This document shows positions 10,804 through 21,926 of a DNA stretch of 64,000 nt, piece by piece (position 1 is the first letter of the stretch; each line of letters begins with the position of its first letter). The notes beneath the pieces are model-generated. The model did not search any database. It was not told the DNA's origin and was given only the letters and a program-made list of their open reading frames with translations. The stretch lies in NCBI GenBank assembly GCA_963821525.1, contig CAWGED010000005.1, forward strand, positions 192,001-256,000, written 5' to 3'. Both the position numbers and the translations under genes were made by a program. This stretch comes from an uncultured Gemmatimonadales bacterium (lineage in GTDB: Bacteria; Gemmatimonadota; Gemmatimonadetes; Gemmatimonadales; GWC2-71-9).

Positions 10804-11720
10804 TCCACCACAACCTGCGGCAGCACGTACCGCAGCGGATCGACCGGCTGGCCACGCACGTGGACCTCGTAGTGGAGGTGCGGGCCGGTGGCGAGGCCGG
10901 TATTCCCCACCTGGGCGATCAGGTCGCCCCGCTTCACCCGCTGGCCCTGGTGCACCAGAATCTTCGAGCAGTGGGCGAACTTGGTGGTAATCCCATAGCC
11001 GTGATCGATCTCGACCGTGTTCCCATAGCCGGTTTCCCAGCCGGTGGAAATCACTACGCCCGCGCCGGGGGACTGGATGGGGGCGCCGAGGGGGGCCTGC
11101 ACATCGATGCCCTCGTGCGGCCGCGCGTAGTGCAGGATGGGATGCTCCCGCATCGAGGCAAATGCACTCGTGAGCCAGCCCGTGGTGGGCATGATGGACG
11201 GCATCGCCACCAGCCGATCGCGGTGGGCGGAGATGCTGTCCGTGGCTTCTTTGAACGAGAAGGCCAGCAGGTTGGCCCGACGGATCAGGCCGGCCAGATC
11301 CACCCGGACCTCCTCGGCCCGGCGGGCGAGCACGTTGATCGGCCGCGCGATCGCACCCTCGGGGGCCGGGCCACCGATACCGGCCTGCTGCACCTGGGGA
11401 TCGTTGGGCTCCAGGTTCGCCATCAGGCGAATCTTGGCGTCTCGCTGGGCGATGAGGCGCAGGGTATCCGACAGGACGTCGACCTTGCCGTTGAGCTGGC
11501 CGATCTGCTCGGCCAAGTCGGCGTTTTCACGCTGGAGGGCGGAACTCCGCTGGAGACTGACGCTTCGTGAAACGGTGGCGTAGCCGAGAAGGAGGGCGGA
11601 AAGGACGAGGACCACACCGAAGCCGGCTGCGATCTTCAGCAGCGCCTGAGATACCTCGACTGCTTTCGAGGCACCTGAGCCAGGTGGCACGATGACAAGA
11701 GTCCACTTCCGTTCGCCCAT
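10800..11720 (-). CDS. M23 family metallopeptidase
   Basis: HEGID, GYGN, ATGPHLHYEV; N-terminal TM plus coiled coil. Confidence 0.93.
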   Translation of the reverse strand: MGERKWTLVIVPPGSGASKAVEVSQALLKIAAGFGVVLVLSALLLGYATVSRSVSLQRSSALQRENADLAEQIGQLNGKVDVLSDTLRLIAQRDAKIRLMANLEPNDPQVQQAGIGGPAPEGAIARPINVLARRAEEVRVDLAGLIRRANLLAFSFKEATDSISAHRDRLVAMPSIMPTTGWLTSAFASMREHPILHYARPHEGIDVQAPLGAPIQSPGAGVVISTGWETGYGNTVEIDHGYGITTKFAHCSKILVHQGQRVKRGDLIAQVGNTGLATGPHLHYEVHVRGQPVDPLRYVLPQVVVD

Positions 11721-11829
11721 TCGCCTGCCTTAGCTAAGCTGTTGGAGTTGTGTGAATAAGCTGGCGTTATAATGCTCCTCGGTCCCAGGCATGTCAAGGT
11801 ACAAGACGACACGTTCAAGTGTTTGACTG

Positions 11830-13353
11830 TCAAGTTTTTACTATGGCTAACTTGGGGAAAAGTCCGGCGGGTTTTCTGACCTGCAGGCCGGCCACTTTGG
11901 GGCGCTCCAGCCCCTGAATCCGGCTCTTTTCGGCCCGGCCCTCCAAGCCCAGGTGGGTCCAAAGCTCCTCGGCCTTCCCGGGAAGGAACGGGGAGGTGAG
12001 GACCGCGAGCCGGAAGAGACAGCGGGCCAGCGCGGCAAGGGTGGCATCGAGTTCCGTCTCCTTGCCCTCCTTGGCCAAGGTCCAGGGGGCGCGCTGGACG
12101 ATGAACTGGTTCGCCTCCCCTACCAGGGTCCAGGCAGCCTCGGCGCCACCCTTGAGGTCGGTGGCATCCATGGCCTTCCGGTAGGCGGCCAGCGCCGCCG
12201 CTCCAGCTGCATCCAAGGGCGTATCCGCTCCTTCGGGCACCACTCCGGCCCGGTACTTCTCGATCATGGCGAGAGAGCGTGAGGCGAGATTCCCAAGTCC
12301 GTCGGCCAGGTCGCTGTTGTAGCGCGCGTCGAATCGCTCCCAGCTGAATTCTCCGTCTCCGGAGAACCCGACCTCACGTAAAAGGAAGTAGCGCAGCGCA
12401 TCCGGTCCGTGGTGGGCGATTGCCTCCGACAACTCGAGCCGCACCCCGGCGCTCTTGGAGAAGCGGTCGCCACCGAGATAAATGAAGCCATGGGCCCAGA
12501 CCTGTTCCGGCAATGCTTCACCGGCAGCCTCGAGCATCGCGGGCCAGATCACCGTGTGGAACCGGGTGATGTCCTTGCCGACCACGTGAATCTGGGCGGG
12601 CCAGCTGGCGCGGGAATTGGGGAATCGCTGCGCGGTCCAGTAGTTCGGCAGGGCGTCGAACCAGACGTAGGTGGTTTGGGTCTCGCCGTCGCTGGTCGGA
12701 CGGGGGAAGGGTACACCCCAGCTGAAGCGGCTGCGGCTCGCCGAGACGTCCTCCAGCCCTTCTCTCAGGAGTCCGAGAATTTCGTTGCGGCGGATCTCCG
12801 GCTGGACGAACTCCGGTTTCCTGGCGAGCAGATCCTCGAGGAACTTCTGGTAGCGGGAGAGCCGGAAGAACCAGTTCCGCTCCTCGACCAGCTCGAGGGT
12901 CCGGGTGGGATGCAGCGCGCAGTGCCCGTCCACGATGTCCGCTTCGGTCTTGAACGACTCACATCCGACGCAATAAAGCCCGGAGTACGACTTCTCGTAA
13001 AAGTCATCCGGGTTCCGCGCGAAGATCTTCTCGATCAGCTCACGCACCCCCGCCTTGTGCTCGGGGGCGGTGGTGCGAATGAACTGGTCGTAGCTGATGT
13101 TGAGCTCCGCCCAGGTGCGCTGGAAGGACGTTGCCACCTGATCCACCAGGGCCTGAGGAGTGATGCCCTGGTCGGCCGCGGTCTGGGCCACCTTCTGGCC
13201 GTGCTCGTCCATGCCGATGAGGAACCAGACGTCGTCCCCCTTCAGCCGGTGATATCGCGCGATGCAGTCGGCGCCGACCTTTTCGAAGGCGTGACCCATG
13301 TGAGGGTCGCCATTCGCATAGTCGATCGCAGTCGTAATGAAGAAGTGACCCAC
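11830..13353 (-). CDS. metG: Methionine--tRNA ligase
   Basis: TTAIDYANGDPHMGH, DEHGQK, YVWFDAL, GKDITRFH, FSKS. Confidence 0.97.
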   Translation of the reverse strand: MGHFFITTAIDYANGDPHMGHAFEKVGADCIARYHRLKGDDVWFLIGMDEHGQKVAQTAADQGITPQALVDQVATSFQRTWAELNISYDQFIRTTAPEHKAGVRELIEKIFARNPDDFYEKSYSGLYCVGCESFKTEADIVDGHCALHPTRTLELVEERNWFFRLSRYQKFLEDLLARKPEFVQPEIRRNEILGLLREGLEDVSASRSRFSWGVPFPRPTSDGETQTTYVWFDALPNYWTAQRFPNSRASWPAQIHVVGKDITRFHTVIWPAMLEAAGEALPEQVWAHGFIYLGGDRFSKSAGVRLELSEAIAHHGPDALRYFLLREVGFSGDGEFSWERFDARYNSDLADGLGNLASRSLAMIEKYRAGVVPEGADTPLDAAGAAALAAYRKAMDATDLKGGAEAAWTLVGEANQFIVQRAPWTLAKEGKETELDATLAALARCLFRLAVLTSPFLPGKAEELWTHLGLEGRAEKSRIQGLERPKVAGLQVRKPAGLFPKLAIVKT

Positions 13354-14400
13354 TCAGGACTCAGTCGGAGGGGATTCGGGGCCTTCGCTCGCTCCGCCAC
13401 GGCCTCTGCGGCCACGCCGCCGCCGCCGCCGTCGGGGCCCGCTTCCCGGCTCCGCGGGGGCCTGAGACGAAGGAGGCGCGGACTCCCTGGCGGGAGCGGG
13501 AGTAGGAGCGGGCGCCGGAGGCGGAGGCGGAGCGATGGTGGCCGCTTCCGGGTGGGCGGCTTCCATTTCGTCCCGGAGTTGCACCAGCGGGATAATGCGC
13601 GAGCCCTGCTCTTCGTGGCGGAGGAAGACCCGCTCCCGGAAGATGTCGACCGCCACCACCTTCTCCGGGCCGCGGGCAGTCTGAAGCGTCTTCCCCTCGC
13701 GGGGGAATCGCTTGCGCGAGGCGACGTAGAACTCGTGTTCGTACTTCAGGCAGCAGAGCAGCCGGCCGCAGCCGCCGGAGATCTGAGCCGGGTTGAGCGA
13801 GAGATGCTGGTCCTTCGCCAACGCCAGGCTCACCGGGGACAGCTCGGTCAGCCAGGTTGAGCAGCAGTATTCCCGCCCGCAACGGCCCACGCCCTTGAGC
13901 CGTGCCGCCTCATCCCGCACGCCGATCTGACGCAACTCGATCCGGGTACGAAACTGTGCTGCGAGATCGCGGACCAGGGCGCGGAAGTCCACCCGCTTTT
14001 CCGCCGTGAAGAAGATGGTGAGCTTGCCCCGGTCCCACTGCCACTCGGCATCGCTCACCTTCATCTCGAGGGAGTGTTGCCGGACCTTGTCGATCACCTT
14101 GCGGCGGGCTTCTTCTTCGTTCTGGCGCAGTTCGTTTGCGGTGCGGATCTCTTCCTGGGAGGCACGTCGTACCACTGGACGCATCGCGGGAGGGGCCGTG
14201 GCGCCTACCGCGCACCCGTTGCAGGCGCCGGCGCATTTCTTCTGCGCCACCTCTCCCGCCGAAAACACCCGTCCGAAGTCGAGGCCACGCTCCGCCTCGA
14301 CCACGACCGCTTCCTTCAGCCGGAGCGGATCCTGCTCGTCGGTCCAGAGGAAAAAGTCGCGGCGGGTACCCTTGAAGCGTACTTCGACGGTTTGAGGCAT
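13354..14400 (-). CDS. ricT: PSP1/RicT (YaaT) family protein
   Basis: RVDFRALVRDLA, IELRQIGVRDEA, CGREYCC, ISGGCGRLLCCLKYE. Confidence 0.92.
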   Translation of the reverse strand: MPQTVEVRFKGTRRDFFLWTDEQDPLRLKEAVVVEAERGLDFGRVFSAGEVAQKKCAGACNGCAVGATAPPAMRPVVRRASQEEIRTANELRQNEEEARRKVIDKVRQHSLEMKVSDAEWQWDRGKLTIFFTAEKRVDFRALVRDLAAQFRTRIELRQIGVRDEAARLKGVGRCGREYCCSTWLTELSPVSLALAKDQHLSLNPAQISGGCGRLLCCLKYEHEFYVASRKRFPREGKTLQTARGPEKVVAVDIFRERVFLRHEEQGSRIIPLVQLRDEMEAAHPEAATIAPPPPPAPAPTPAPARESAPPSSQAPAEPGSGPRRRRRRRGRRGRGGASEGPESPPTES

Positions 14401-15362
14401 CAGGTCTCGGTAAAAGCGCCCATGGCCGCGTACTTGTCAGCACGGCGGCGCACCAGCTTTTCGGGCCGGACCTTTCGCAACTCCGTCATGTGGCGAATGA
14501 GAGCTTCTCGCAGAGCCTCACCGGTCGCGTCGGGGTCGAAATGCGCCCCTCCGAGCGGTTCCGGAATAATTTCGTCAATGAGCTTGAGTCGGAGCAGGTC
14601 CTGCGCCGTCAGCTTCAATGCATCGGCCGCCCGTTCCCGCTGAGAGGCGTCCTTCCAGAGAATCGCCGCGCATCCCTCGGGCGAAATGACTGAATAGACC
14701 GAGTTCTCCAGCATCAGCACCCGGTCGGCCACACCGAGCGCGAGCGCTCCGCCGGAGCCACCCTCGCCGACGACGACCGCGATGCAGGGCGTCGGGAGTG
14801 CGGCCATCTCCAGAATGCTGCGGGCCAGGGCTTCCGACTGTCCCCGCTCCTCCGCGCCGAGTCCTGGATAGGCGCCCGGCGTGTCGATGAGGGAGATGAC
14901 CGGAGCGCTGAACTTGGCCGCCAGCTTCATGAGGCGGAGCGCCTTGCGGTATCCCTCCGGGTGCGCCATGCCGAAATTGCGCTTGAGATTCTCCTTGGTG
15001 TCCCGCCCCTTCTGGTGCCCGATCACCATCACCGAGACGCCGGCCAGCCGGGCCCAGCCCCCGACGATCGCCGGATCGTCGCGGTACAACCGGTCTCCGT
15101 GAAGCTCGATGAAGTCGGTAAAGATGGTGCTCAGGTAATCGAGCGTGTAAGGCCGGCGTGAATGGCGCGCCACCTGCACCCGCTGCATTGGGGTCAGGTT
15201 CATGTAGATCTCGGATCGGAGGGTGTTGAGCCGGACCTGGAGGAGACGGGCTTCTTCCGAAACGTCGATCTGCTGCTTCTCGCCCAGCTGGGTGAGATCC
15301 TCGATCTGCCGCTCCAGTTCCTGCAGGGGCCGCTCAAAATCGAGACTGTAGGTGTTCGCCAT
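14400..15362 (-). CDS. accA: Acetyl-CoA carboxylase carboxyltransferase alpha
   Basis: ELHGDR, PEGYRKALR, DTPGAYPG, GEGGSGGAL, SVISPEGCA. Confidence 0.97.
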   Translation of the reverse strand: MANTYSLDFERPLQELERQIEDLTQLGEKQQIDVSEEARLLQVRLNTLRSEIYMNLTPMQRVQVARHSRRPYTLDYLSTIFTDFIELHGDRLYRDDPAIVGGWARLAGVSVMVIGHQKGRDTKENLKRNFGMAHPEGYRKALRLMKLAAKFSAPVISLIDTPGAYPGLGAEERGQSEALARSILEMAALPTPCIAVVVGEGGSGGALALGVADRVLMLENSVYSVISPEGCAAILWKDASQRERAADALKLTAQDLLRLKLIDEIIPEPLGGAHFDPDATGEALREALIRHMTELRKVRPEKLVRRRADKYAAMGAFTET

Positions 15363-15380
15363 TTCGTTTCTAAGAGAGGA

Positions 15381-15440
15381 GCCCCAAGCCCGAAGCCGTA
15401 AGCCATAAGCATGAGAGCCTAAGGCCTATGGCTTATGGCA
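15381..15440. repeat. Heptamer repeats (GCCRTAA-type) with inverted copy
   Basis: gccccaagcccgaagccgtaagccataagc...gcctatggcttatggc. Confidence 0.7.
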
Positions 15441-15481
15441 TTCCCCCGAAAGGGGTTTCTGGTTCGCGGTTTCGCCCAGGG

Positions 15482-18400
15482 TTAGCCTGCCCGAACATAC
15501 TGCACGTGCTCGGCACCCAGCAACCTGCGGAGTCCCTGGATCAGCTCCTCATCCGGGGCAATCCTGACCCGTCTGGACCGGGCCCTCAGCCGCTCTCCAT
15601 TCCCGTCGCTCCATTCAATATAGAGCGGAGCCGGGCCCGGGTGAGCGGCGCAGAGCGCTACGGCTTCCTTGATTCGCTCGGGGGGCGGGGCTTCTGGTGC
15701 CTTCCAGCGGAGCGCCACGCCGAGGGCTCCGCTGGGTATGAGCTCATCGAGCGGCCGCGCCAATTCTACGACGAACGGTGCCCGTTCCTCCCCGCGATCC
15801 CGGGCGCTGTAGCCGCCCGTGAGCAGCACAGGCAAATCGTCACGGATCACCTGGTTGAGCCGGGCCCAGGCGTCCGGGAAGACGATGGCTTCCGCCGTCC
15901 CGTGGAAATCCTCGAGGGTGATCCGGGCGTACTCCTTCCCGGTCTTCTTGGAGATCTGCCGTTTCACCAAAGTGATGACCGCCGCGATCGTCACCTGGTG
16001 TTCACTCCATTCTCCGAGCGTGCTCGTGGTCCGGGTGCCGAACACTTCAACCTCGGCGCGGAACCGTTCCAGCGGATGGCCCGAGATGAAGAAGCCCAGG
16101 ACCTCCTTCTCCTTCGCCAACCGGTCGGCTTCACTCCATTCGGGCACTTCCGGCAACGTCTCCTGGTGATGCCGCGCGGCGACCGCATCTCCGAACAAGG
16201 AGGCTTGTCCCGCCTCCCGCTCCTGTTGGGCCAGTTGTGCTTCGCCCAGCGCCTCATCCAGCCCAGCCGCGAACTGCGCGCGGTGCCCGCCCAGGGAGTC
16301 CAGCGCACCTGCAGCGACGAGGGATTCGATCACCCGCTTGTTGGCGAGGCGCAAATCAATCCGGCTGGCGAAGTCTGGCAGTGATTTGAACGGCGCGTCC
16401 TTCCGCGCGGCGATGAACGAGTCGATTGCCCCGCGCCCCACGTTCCGCACCGCGCCCAGCCCGAAGCGCAGCCTCCGGTCTCCAATCACCGTGAACTTGA
16501 ACCCCGACTCATTCACGTCGGGTGGGAGCACCTCGAGGTCCAGCTCCCGGGCCTCGTTGATGTACTGCACCACCTTGTCAGTATTCCCGATTTCGGACGA
16601 GAGCAGCGCAGCCAGAAACTCGGCGGGGTAGTAGGTCTTGAGCCACGCCGTCTGGTACGACAGGAGCGAGTAGGCGACCGAGTGCGACTTGTTGAAGCCG
16701 TACCGGCCGAAGGTCTTGATCTGGCCTCCCAGCTCCTCCGCCAGTCTGCGCTGAATGCCGTTGGCGACGGCCCGCTCGATGAACCGCCCAACTTCCTTGT
16801 CGATGAGCTCCTGATCTTTCTTGCCTACTGCCTTCCGCAGCACGTCGGCTTCGGCCAGGCTGTATCCCGCGAGCACGTTCGCGATGCGCATCACCTGCTC
16901 CTGGTAGGTGATGACGCCATAGGTCGGCTCGAGCACCTCGGCAAGCAACGGATGCGGGTAGGTAACCGTTTCCTGTCCCAGCTTGCGCCGAATGAAGACC
17001 AGGTGCATGCCGGCATCGAGCGGCCCGGGACGCAATAGCGCGTTCGAAGCCACCAGATCATCGAACCGGTCGCACTTCATGTTGCGTAGGGTGTCGGTGG
17101 CCAGCGGAGATTCGAACTGGAATACGCCGGCCGTCCGGCCGTGCCTCAGCATCTCGTAGACTTTGGGATCGTCGAGCCCCAGCGTGTCCATGTCGAGCGT
17201 AATGCCGTGACGCTCCTTGATCATTTCGATCGCATCGTGGATCACGGTCAGCGTCTTGAGGCCGAGCATGTCCATCTTCAGCATGCCGACCTTCTCGAGG
17301 GCGTCCATTTCGTACTGCGTGATGATCGCGTCTTCGCCCTCGGCCGTGGCCCCGGCGCCCTTGGTCGGCGCGGTGCATACCGGTACGTACTCGGTAAGTG
17401 GTCCCGGAGCGATCACCACTCCCGCCGCATGCACCGACATGTGCCGGGAGATGCCTTCGATTCGGGAGCCCAGACGTCACCAGCCGGCTGTACACCGGAT
17501 CGTTCCGCACCAGGTCCCGGAGCTCGGGTACTCGGTCTACGGCCTCTTCGATGCTCAGGCTGTAGGCCGGTCCCGAGGGGATGAGCTTGGTGAGCCGGTC
17601 GGCGTCACTGGGCGGGATCCGCAGCAGCCGGGCTACGTCCTTGAGCGCTGCCCGCGCCTTCAGGGTTCCAAAGGTGATGATCTGACCCACGCTCTGGCGC
17701 CCGTAACGTTCCCGGACGTACTCGATCACTTCACCCCGGCGTTCGAAGCAGAAGTCCACGTCGATGTCCGGCATGGATATCCGCTCGGGATTCAGGAAGC
17801 GCTCGAACAGCAGATCGAACCTGAGCGGATCGACGTTGGTGATGCCGAGCGAATAGGCGACCAGCGAGCCGGCGGCGGAACCGCGGCCGGGGCCCACGGG
17901 GATCCCGCGCTCCCGTGCCGCCGCGATGAAGTCTTGTACAATCAGGAAGTAACCCGCGTATCCCGCCTTGTTGATCACCCCGAGCTCGTAGGCCAGCCGC
18001 TCCTGGACTGCCTGGGGCAAGGGTGAGCCGTACCGGGCGCTGGCTCCTTGCCGCGCGAGATCCTCCAGGAGCTGCTCATCACTCGTGTGCGTGGCAGGGC
18101 GGGGGAAACTCGGGAGGAAATACTTCTTCTCGAAGCTGAATTCGCAGAGGTTGGCCACCTTCGCCGTATTGGCCAGGACCTCCGGCGTGCGCTCGAACAG
18201 CGCCGCCATCTCCCGCTCCGACTTGACGTACGACTCCTGCCCCATGAAGCGGAATCGCTTCGGGTCGTCCAGTTCGGCGCCGGTTCCGATCGCGAGCAGT
18301 ACGTCGTGGGCCTCGGCATCCTCCCGCCGGAGGTAGTGCGCGTCATTGGTAGCGACGACTCCAAGGCCCAACTCCTGGCCCAGCTGGAACATTCCGGCAT

Positions 18401-18963
18401 TCACCTGGACCTCTTCCGGAATGCCGTGCTGCTGCACCTCCAGCCAAAAGCCGTCCGGTCCGAAGGTCCTGGCGAACCATTCGGCGGAGCGCTTCGCCTC
18501 CTCGTAGTTGCCTTGCCGCAGGTAGAGCGAGATCTCCCCAGACAGACATGCCGCGAGCCCGACCAGTCCCTCGGAATGTTCCGCGAGGACTTCCTTGTCG
18601 ATCCGCGGCCGGCGGTAGAAGCCCTCCAGATAACCGATGGAGCTCAGCCGGACCAGGTTCCGGTAGCCCGCACGGTTCTTTGCCAGCAACACGAGATGGC
18701 TGTAGATCCCGGGCGCGCCCTGCGGCTTCTGCTGATTTCTTCGGGAACCGAAGGCGAGATACGCCTCGAAGCCGAGGATCGGGCGGATGCCCTTCGCCTT
18801 GGCGTGATCGTAGAACGACCATGCCGCGTGAAGGTTGCCGTGGTCCGTCACGGCCAGGCTGTCCATACCGAGGCGCTTTACGTGATCAACCAGCTCGGGT
18901 ATTCGGTTGGCGCCGTCGAGGAGGGAGTACTCGGAGTGGGTGTGGAGATGAACGAATGCCATG
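15482..18963 (-). CDS. dnaE: DNA polymerase III subunit alpha (frameshift ~17465)
   Basis: FVHLHTHSEYSLLDGA, GRGSAAGSL, MPDIDVDF, YGFNKSH, OB-fold C-terminus. Confidence 0.97.
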
Positions 18964-19047
18964 GTAGTTCGCTGTCCACGGTTCCTCGTCGCGATCCTGC
19001 CGTGCCGCATGCGCGGCCGGCCCCAATCGCTGATGGCCCGCGAACAG

Positions 19048-19734
19048 CTATTTCTCCCGGTCCTGGAGCTCCTTCAACACGGCGCCCAGCGGGACACCGC
19101 GCGACTGCAGGAGCACCAGCAGGTGATAGAGGAGATCGGCCGCCTCGGACGCGAGACGGTGTTCATCCTCCGAATTCGCTGCGACTACAACTTCAACTGC
19201 CTCTTCTCCGACCTTCTGCGAGATCTTGCCACGGCCCTGTTCCAGCAGCGAGGCCGTGTAGGAACCCGGCTGAGGATTCCGCGCCCGGCTGGCGATCAGG
19301 GCGGCGAGGCGACTCAACTGATGCCCGCCCGGATCTTCCTCTTCAACCGGCCGGATCGATTCATCCTGCGGGGAAGAATCCCGCCGAACCGCCTTCGAGA
19401 AGCAAGTCCGGGTTCCGGTGTGGCAGGCGGGCCCGGTCTGCTCCACCCGGTACAACACCGCGTCGCCGTCGCAGTCGAGCCGGATCTCGACGACTCGCTG
19501 TTCGTGCCCGGAGGTCTCGCCCTTGCGCCACAGCGTCTGGCGGCTGCGACTGTAGTAGTGCGCTTTGCCGCTCAGCAGCGTCTGTTCCAGCGCTTCCCGG
19601 TTGGCCCAGGCGAGCATCAGCACATCGCCCGAGAGGCGTTCCTGAGCGACCACGGGCACCAGTCCATCGGTGCCGAAACGGACCTCTTCGAGCCAGTTCG
19701 CGGCAGTCACGCCCGAAGGTATTCGGAGGGTCAA
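19048..19734 (-). CDS. hisIE: Bifunctional PRA-CH/PRA-PH
   Basis: [37 protein letters not shown]. Confidence 0.95.
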   Translation of the reverse strand: MTLRIPSGVTAANWLEEVRFGTDGLVPVVAQERLSGDVLMLAWANREALEQTLLSGKAHYYSRSRQTLWRKGETSGHEQRVVEIRLDCDGDAVLYRVEQTGPACHTGTRTCFSKAVRRDSSPQDESIRPVEEEDPGGHQLSRLAALIASRARNPQPGSYTASLLEQGRGKISQKVGEEAVEVVVAANSEDEHRLASEAADLLYHLLVLLQSRGVPLGAVLKELQDREK

Positions 19735-19775
19735 CGATTGTCAAAACCCGTTGTGCTGCTTTATCTTGCCTCGCG

Positions 19776-20663
19776 ATGCCGAGCCTCCGGCTTGCCGCGT
19801 ACTGTTCTCTCCTCACGATGTCGGCAGCCACTAACGGGGCCGCACAATCTCCCCGACCCACCCCACTCGCCACCACCTTACCGATTTCGGTCCGTTTCGC
19901 CGGATTGGGCGGTGCCTCCGTGGCCGTGAGCGGGGACGCCGGTTCAGTGTTCTTCAACCCGACCGGGCTTGCCACCGTACGGAATATCGCGGTCGAAGGC
20001 TCGCTGCAGCGATATCCCGATGGCACCGCCGAAACCATGGGTGCTGCGGCGTTTCGGTTGCTGCAATTCGATCTGGGGGGCGGGTATCACTACCTTCGAT
20101 TCAACAGTGATTCGCCGATCAAGGACAACATCATGTGGGTCGGTTCGGCCACGTACCGATTCGGAATCATTGCGGTCGGTGGCACGACCAAGTACGTCTC
20201 GCAGGAGGACTCGGCGGGAAAGATTCTCCGCTCCGGGTCGGTCGACGCCGGACTCGGCATCTATGTGTTCGACCTGATGTCGCTCGGCTTCTCGGTGCAG
20301 AACCTGGGAGACTGGGCGGTGAGCGGAGGCGGCGTCGAGCTTCCGACGAGCAAGCATTTCGGGTTCACCTTCAATTTCGTGGATCCGCAGGAGACGGCGC
20401 GGCTTCTTGCTACCATGGACGTCGCCTGGACCGAAGGCCAGGACCGGCGGACCGTGCTCGGCGCCGAAGCCGGTGTAGTCTTGAGCGGAGTCGGGCTGGT
20501 GGGTCGGGTCGGATATGGCGCGGCGCCCGATGGTTCAGGCCAGCGCGACGTCTCCTTCGGCGCCAGCCTGGTGTTGAGTCGGGTGAATATTGACTACGCC
20601 CATCAAACACGCACTACGCTGGGCGACTACGTTCACCGGTTCGGCGTGCGGTTCACCCTCTGA
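19776..20663 (+). CDS. Outer-membrane barrel, PorV/UPF0164-like
   Basis: RFAGLGGASVAVSGDAGSVFFNPTGLA; ends HRFGVRFTL. Confidence 0.65.
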   Translation: MPSLRLAAYCSLLTMSAATNGAAQSPRPTPLATTLPISVRFAGLGGASVAVSGDAGSVFFNPTGLATVRNIAVEGSLQRYPDGTAETMGAAAFRLLQFDLGGGYHYLRFNSDSPIKDNIMWVGSATYRFGIIAVGGTTKYVSQEDSAGKILRSGSVDAGLGIYVFDLMSLGFSVQNLGDWAVSGGGVELPTSKHFGFTFNFVDPQETARLLATMDVAWTEGQDRRTVLGAEAGVVLSGVGLVGRVGYGAAPDGSGQRDVSFGASLVLSRVNIDYAHQTRTTLGDYVHRFGVRFTL

Positions 20664-21736
20664 TGAAGCGGCGGGCGATCGTGATCTTTCTCATCGTGGT
20701 TGGCGCGCTCATGGCCGGCTATGGCACCGCGTATGTCGCGAGCGAAGACGTTCGCTACATCACCCGTGCCGGGTTCGAACAAACCCACATTCTTCAGGCC
20801 CGGCGCCCCATCTCGAAAATCCTGGCCGATCCCAAGACCGACGCCGCTACTCGCGGTTCACTCGAACTGGTGCTGGCCGCGCGCGACTTCGCGGCTCAGC
20901 TCGATTTCGAGGCGAAGGACACCTACACGACGTACTCCGATATCGGGCGCGACACCCTGCTCGTCGTGCTGTCTGCGTCTCCCAAGAATTGTCTCTGCCC
21001 CTATACGTGGAAGTACCCGATCGTCGGGAGGATTCCCTACAAGGGCTTCTTCGATCCCGCGATGGCGCGGAAGGAAACCAGCAAGCTCGACGCGATGGGC
21101 TACGACACCTATCTGCGGCCGGCCGCCGCGTTCTCGACGCTGGGCTGGTTCAACGACCCGCTGCTTTCGACCGCGATGACCCGGGATTCAGTCGAGCTTG
21201 CGGCGCTGGTCCTGCACGAGATCGCCCACAACACACTCTACGTGAAGAGTGCGACACCCTTCAACGAAAGCTTCGCCCAGCTCGCCGGATATCGCGGAGC
21301 GGAAGCGTTCTTCCGCTCCCGCGGAGAGCAGGAGGCCGCTGACAAAGCAGCCGCACGCTGGGAGGACGAAGTCGTTCTGAGCGGCTACTACACCGCTCTC
21401 GCTGCCCGGCTCGACAGCCTGTATCAGTCCACGCCCGACTCGGCAGCACTCGCCGCTGGGCGAGCCAGTATCGCCGCCTGGGCCCGGGAGCAGCTCCAGG
21501 GGCCGATCGCCCAGCAGCTTCGCTCCTACCGGATCGGACGGATCTCCGAGCGTCCCATCAACAACGCGCAGATCATCTCGGCGAGAATCTACCGGACGCG
21601 GCTCGACCTGTTTGACCGCTGGTATCAGAAGGAGGGACAGGACATCAAGCTGGCGGTGAAGGATCTCAAGGCACAGCTGGATGGAGTCACGGGCGACTCG
21701 GCGTTTGCGGTGCTGGAAAAAGCGGTGGGCGAGTAA
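20663..21736 (+). CDS. Predicted zinc aminopeptidase
   Basis: IPYKGFF, AFSTLGWFNDP, HEIAH, FNESFA. Confidence 0.88.
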   Translation: MKRRAIVIFLIVVGALMAGYGTAYVASEDVRYITRAGFEQTHILQARRPISKILADPKTDAATRGSLELVLAARDFAAQLDFEAKDTYTTYSDIGRDTLLVVLSASPKNCLCPYTWKYPIVGRIPYKGFFDPAMARKETSKLDAMGYDTYLRPAAAFSTLGWFNDPLLSTAMTRDSVELAALVLHEIAHNTLYVKSATPFNESFAQLAGYRGAEAFFRSRGEQEAADKAAARWEDEVVLSGYYTALAARLDSLYQSTPDSAALAAGRASIAAWAREQLQGPIAQQLRSYRIGRISERPINNAQIISARIYRTRLDLFDRWYQKEGQDIKLAVKDLKAQLDGVTGDSAFAVLEKAVGE

Positions 21737-21795
21737 CTGAAAGCGGTGAACAGGGAACCGGGAAAGGGAACCGGAGCAGGGTGAACTGATCTAGC

Positions 21796-21888
21796 ACCTC
21801 ATCCCGAGGAGTTACGTCGCGAGCAGGATCTCCCTGCCTTGACACTTCGGATAGGACGCTAGATCCCTCGCTGCGCTCGGGATGAGGT
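21796..21888. repeat. REP-like palindromic element
   Basis: acctcatcccgag (21796-21808) and ctcgggatgaggt (21876-21888); right arm agatccctcgctgcgctcgggatga. Confidence 0.7.
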
Positions 21889-21926
21889 TCTCACCCGGTC
21901 CCGCATTCCCCTTCCGCCCTCCCGCC

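Noticed and set aside
18048..19775. 871-aa ORF 18048..20663
   Set aside because: The first ~575 aa are the antisense shadow of dnaE/hisIE; only the part from 19776 looks like a real protein
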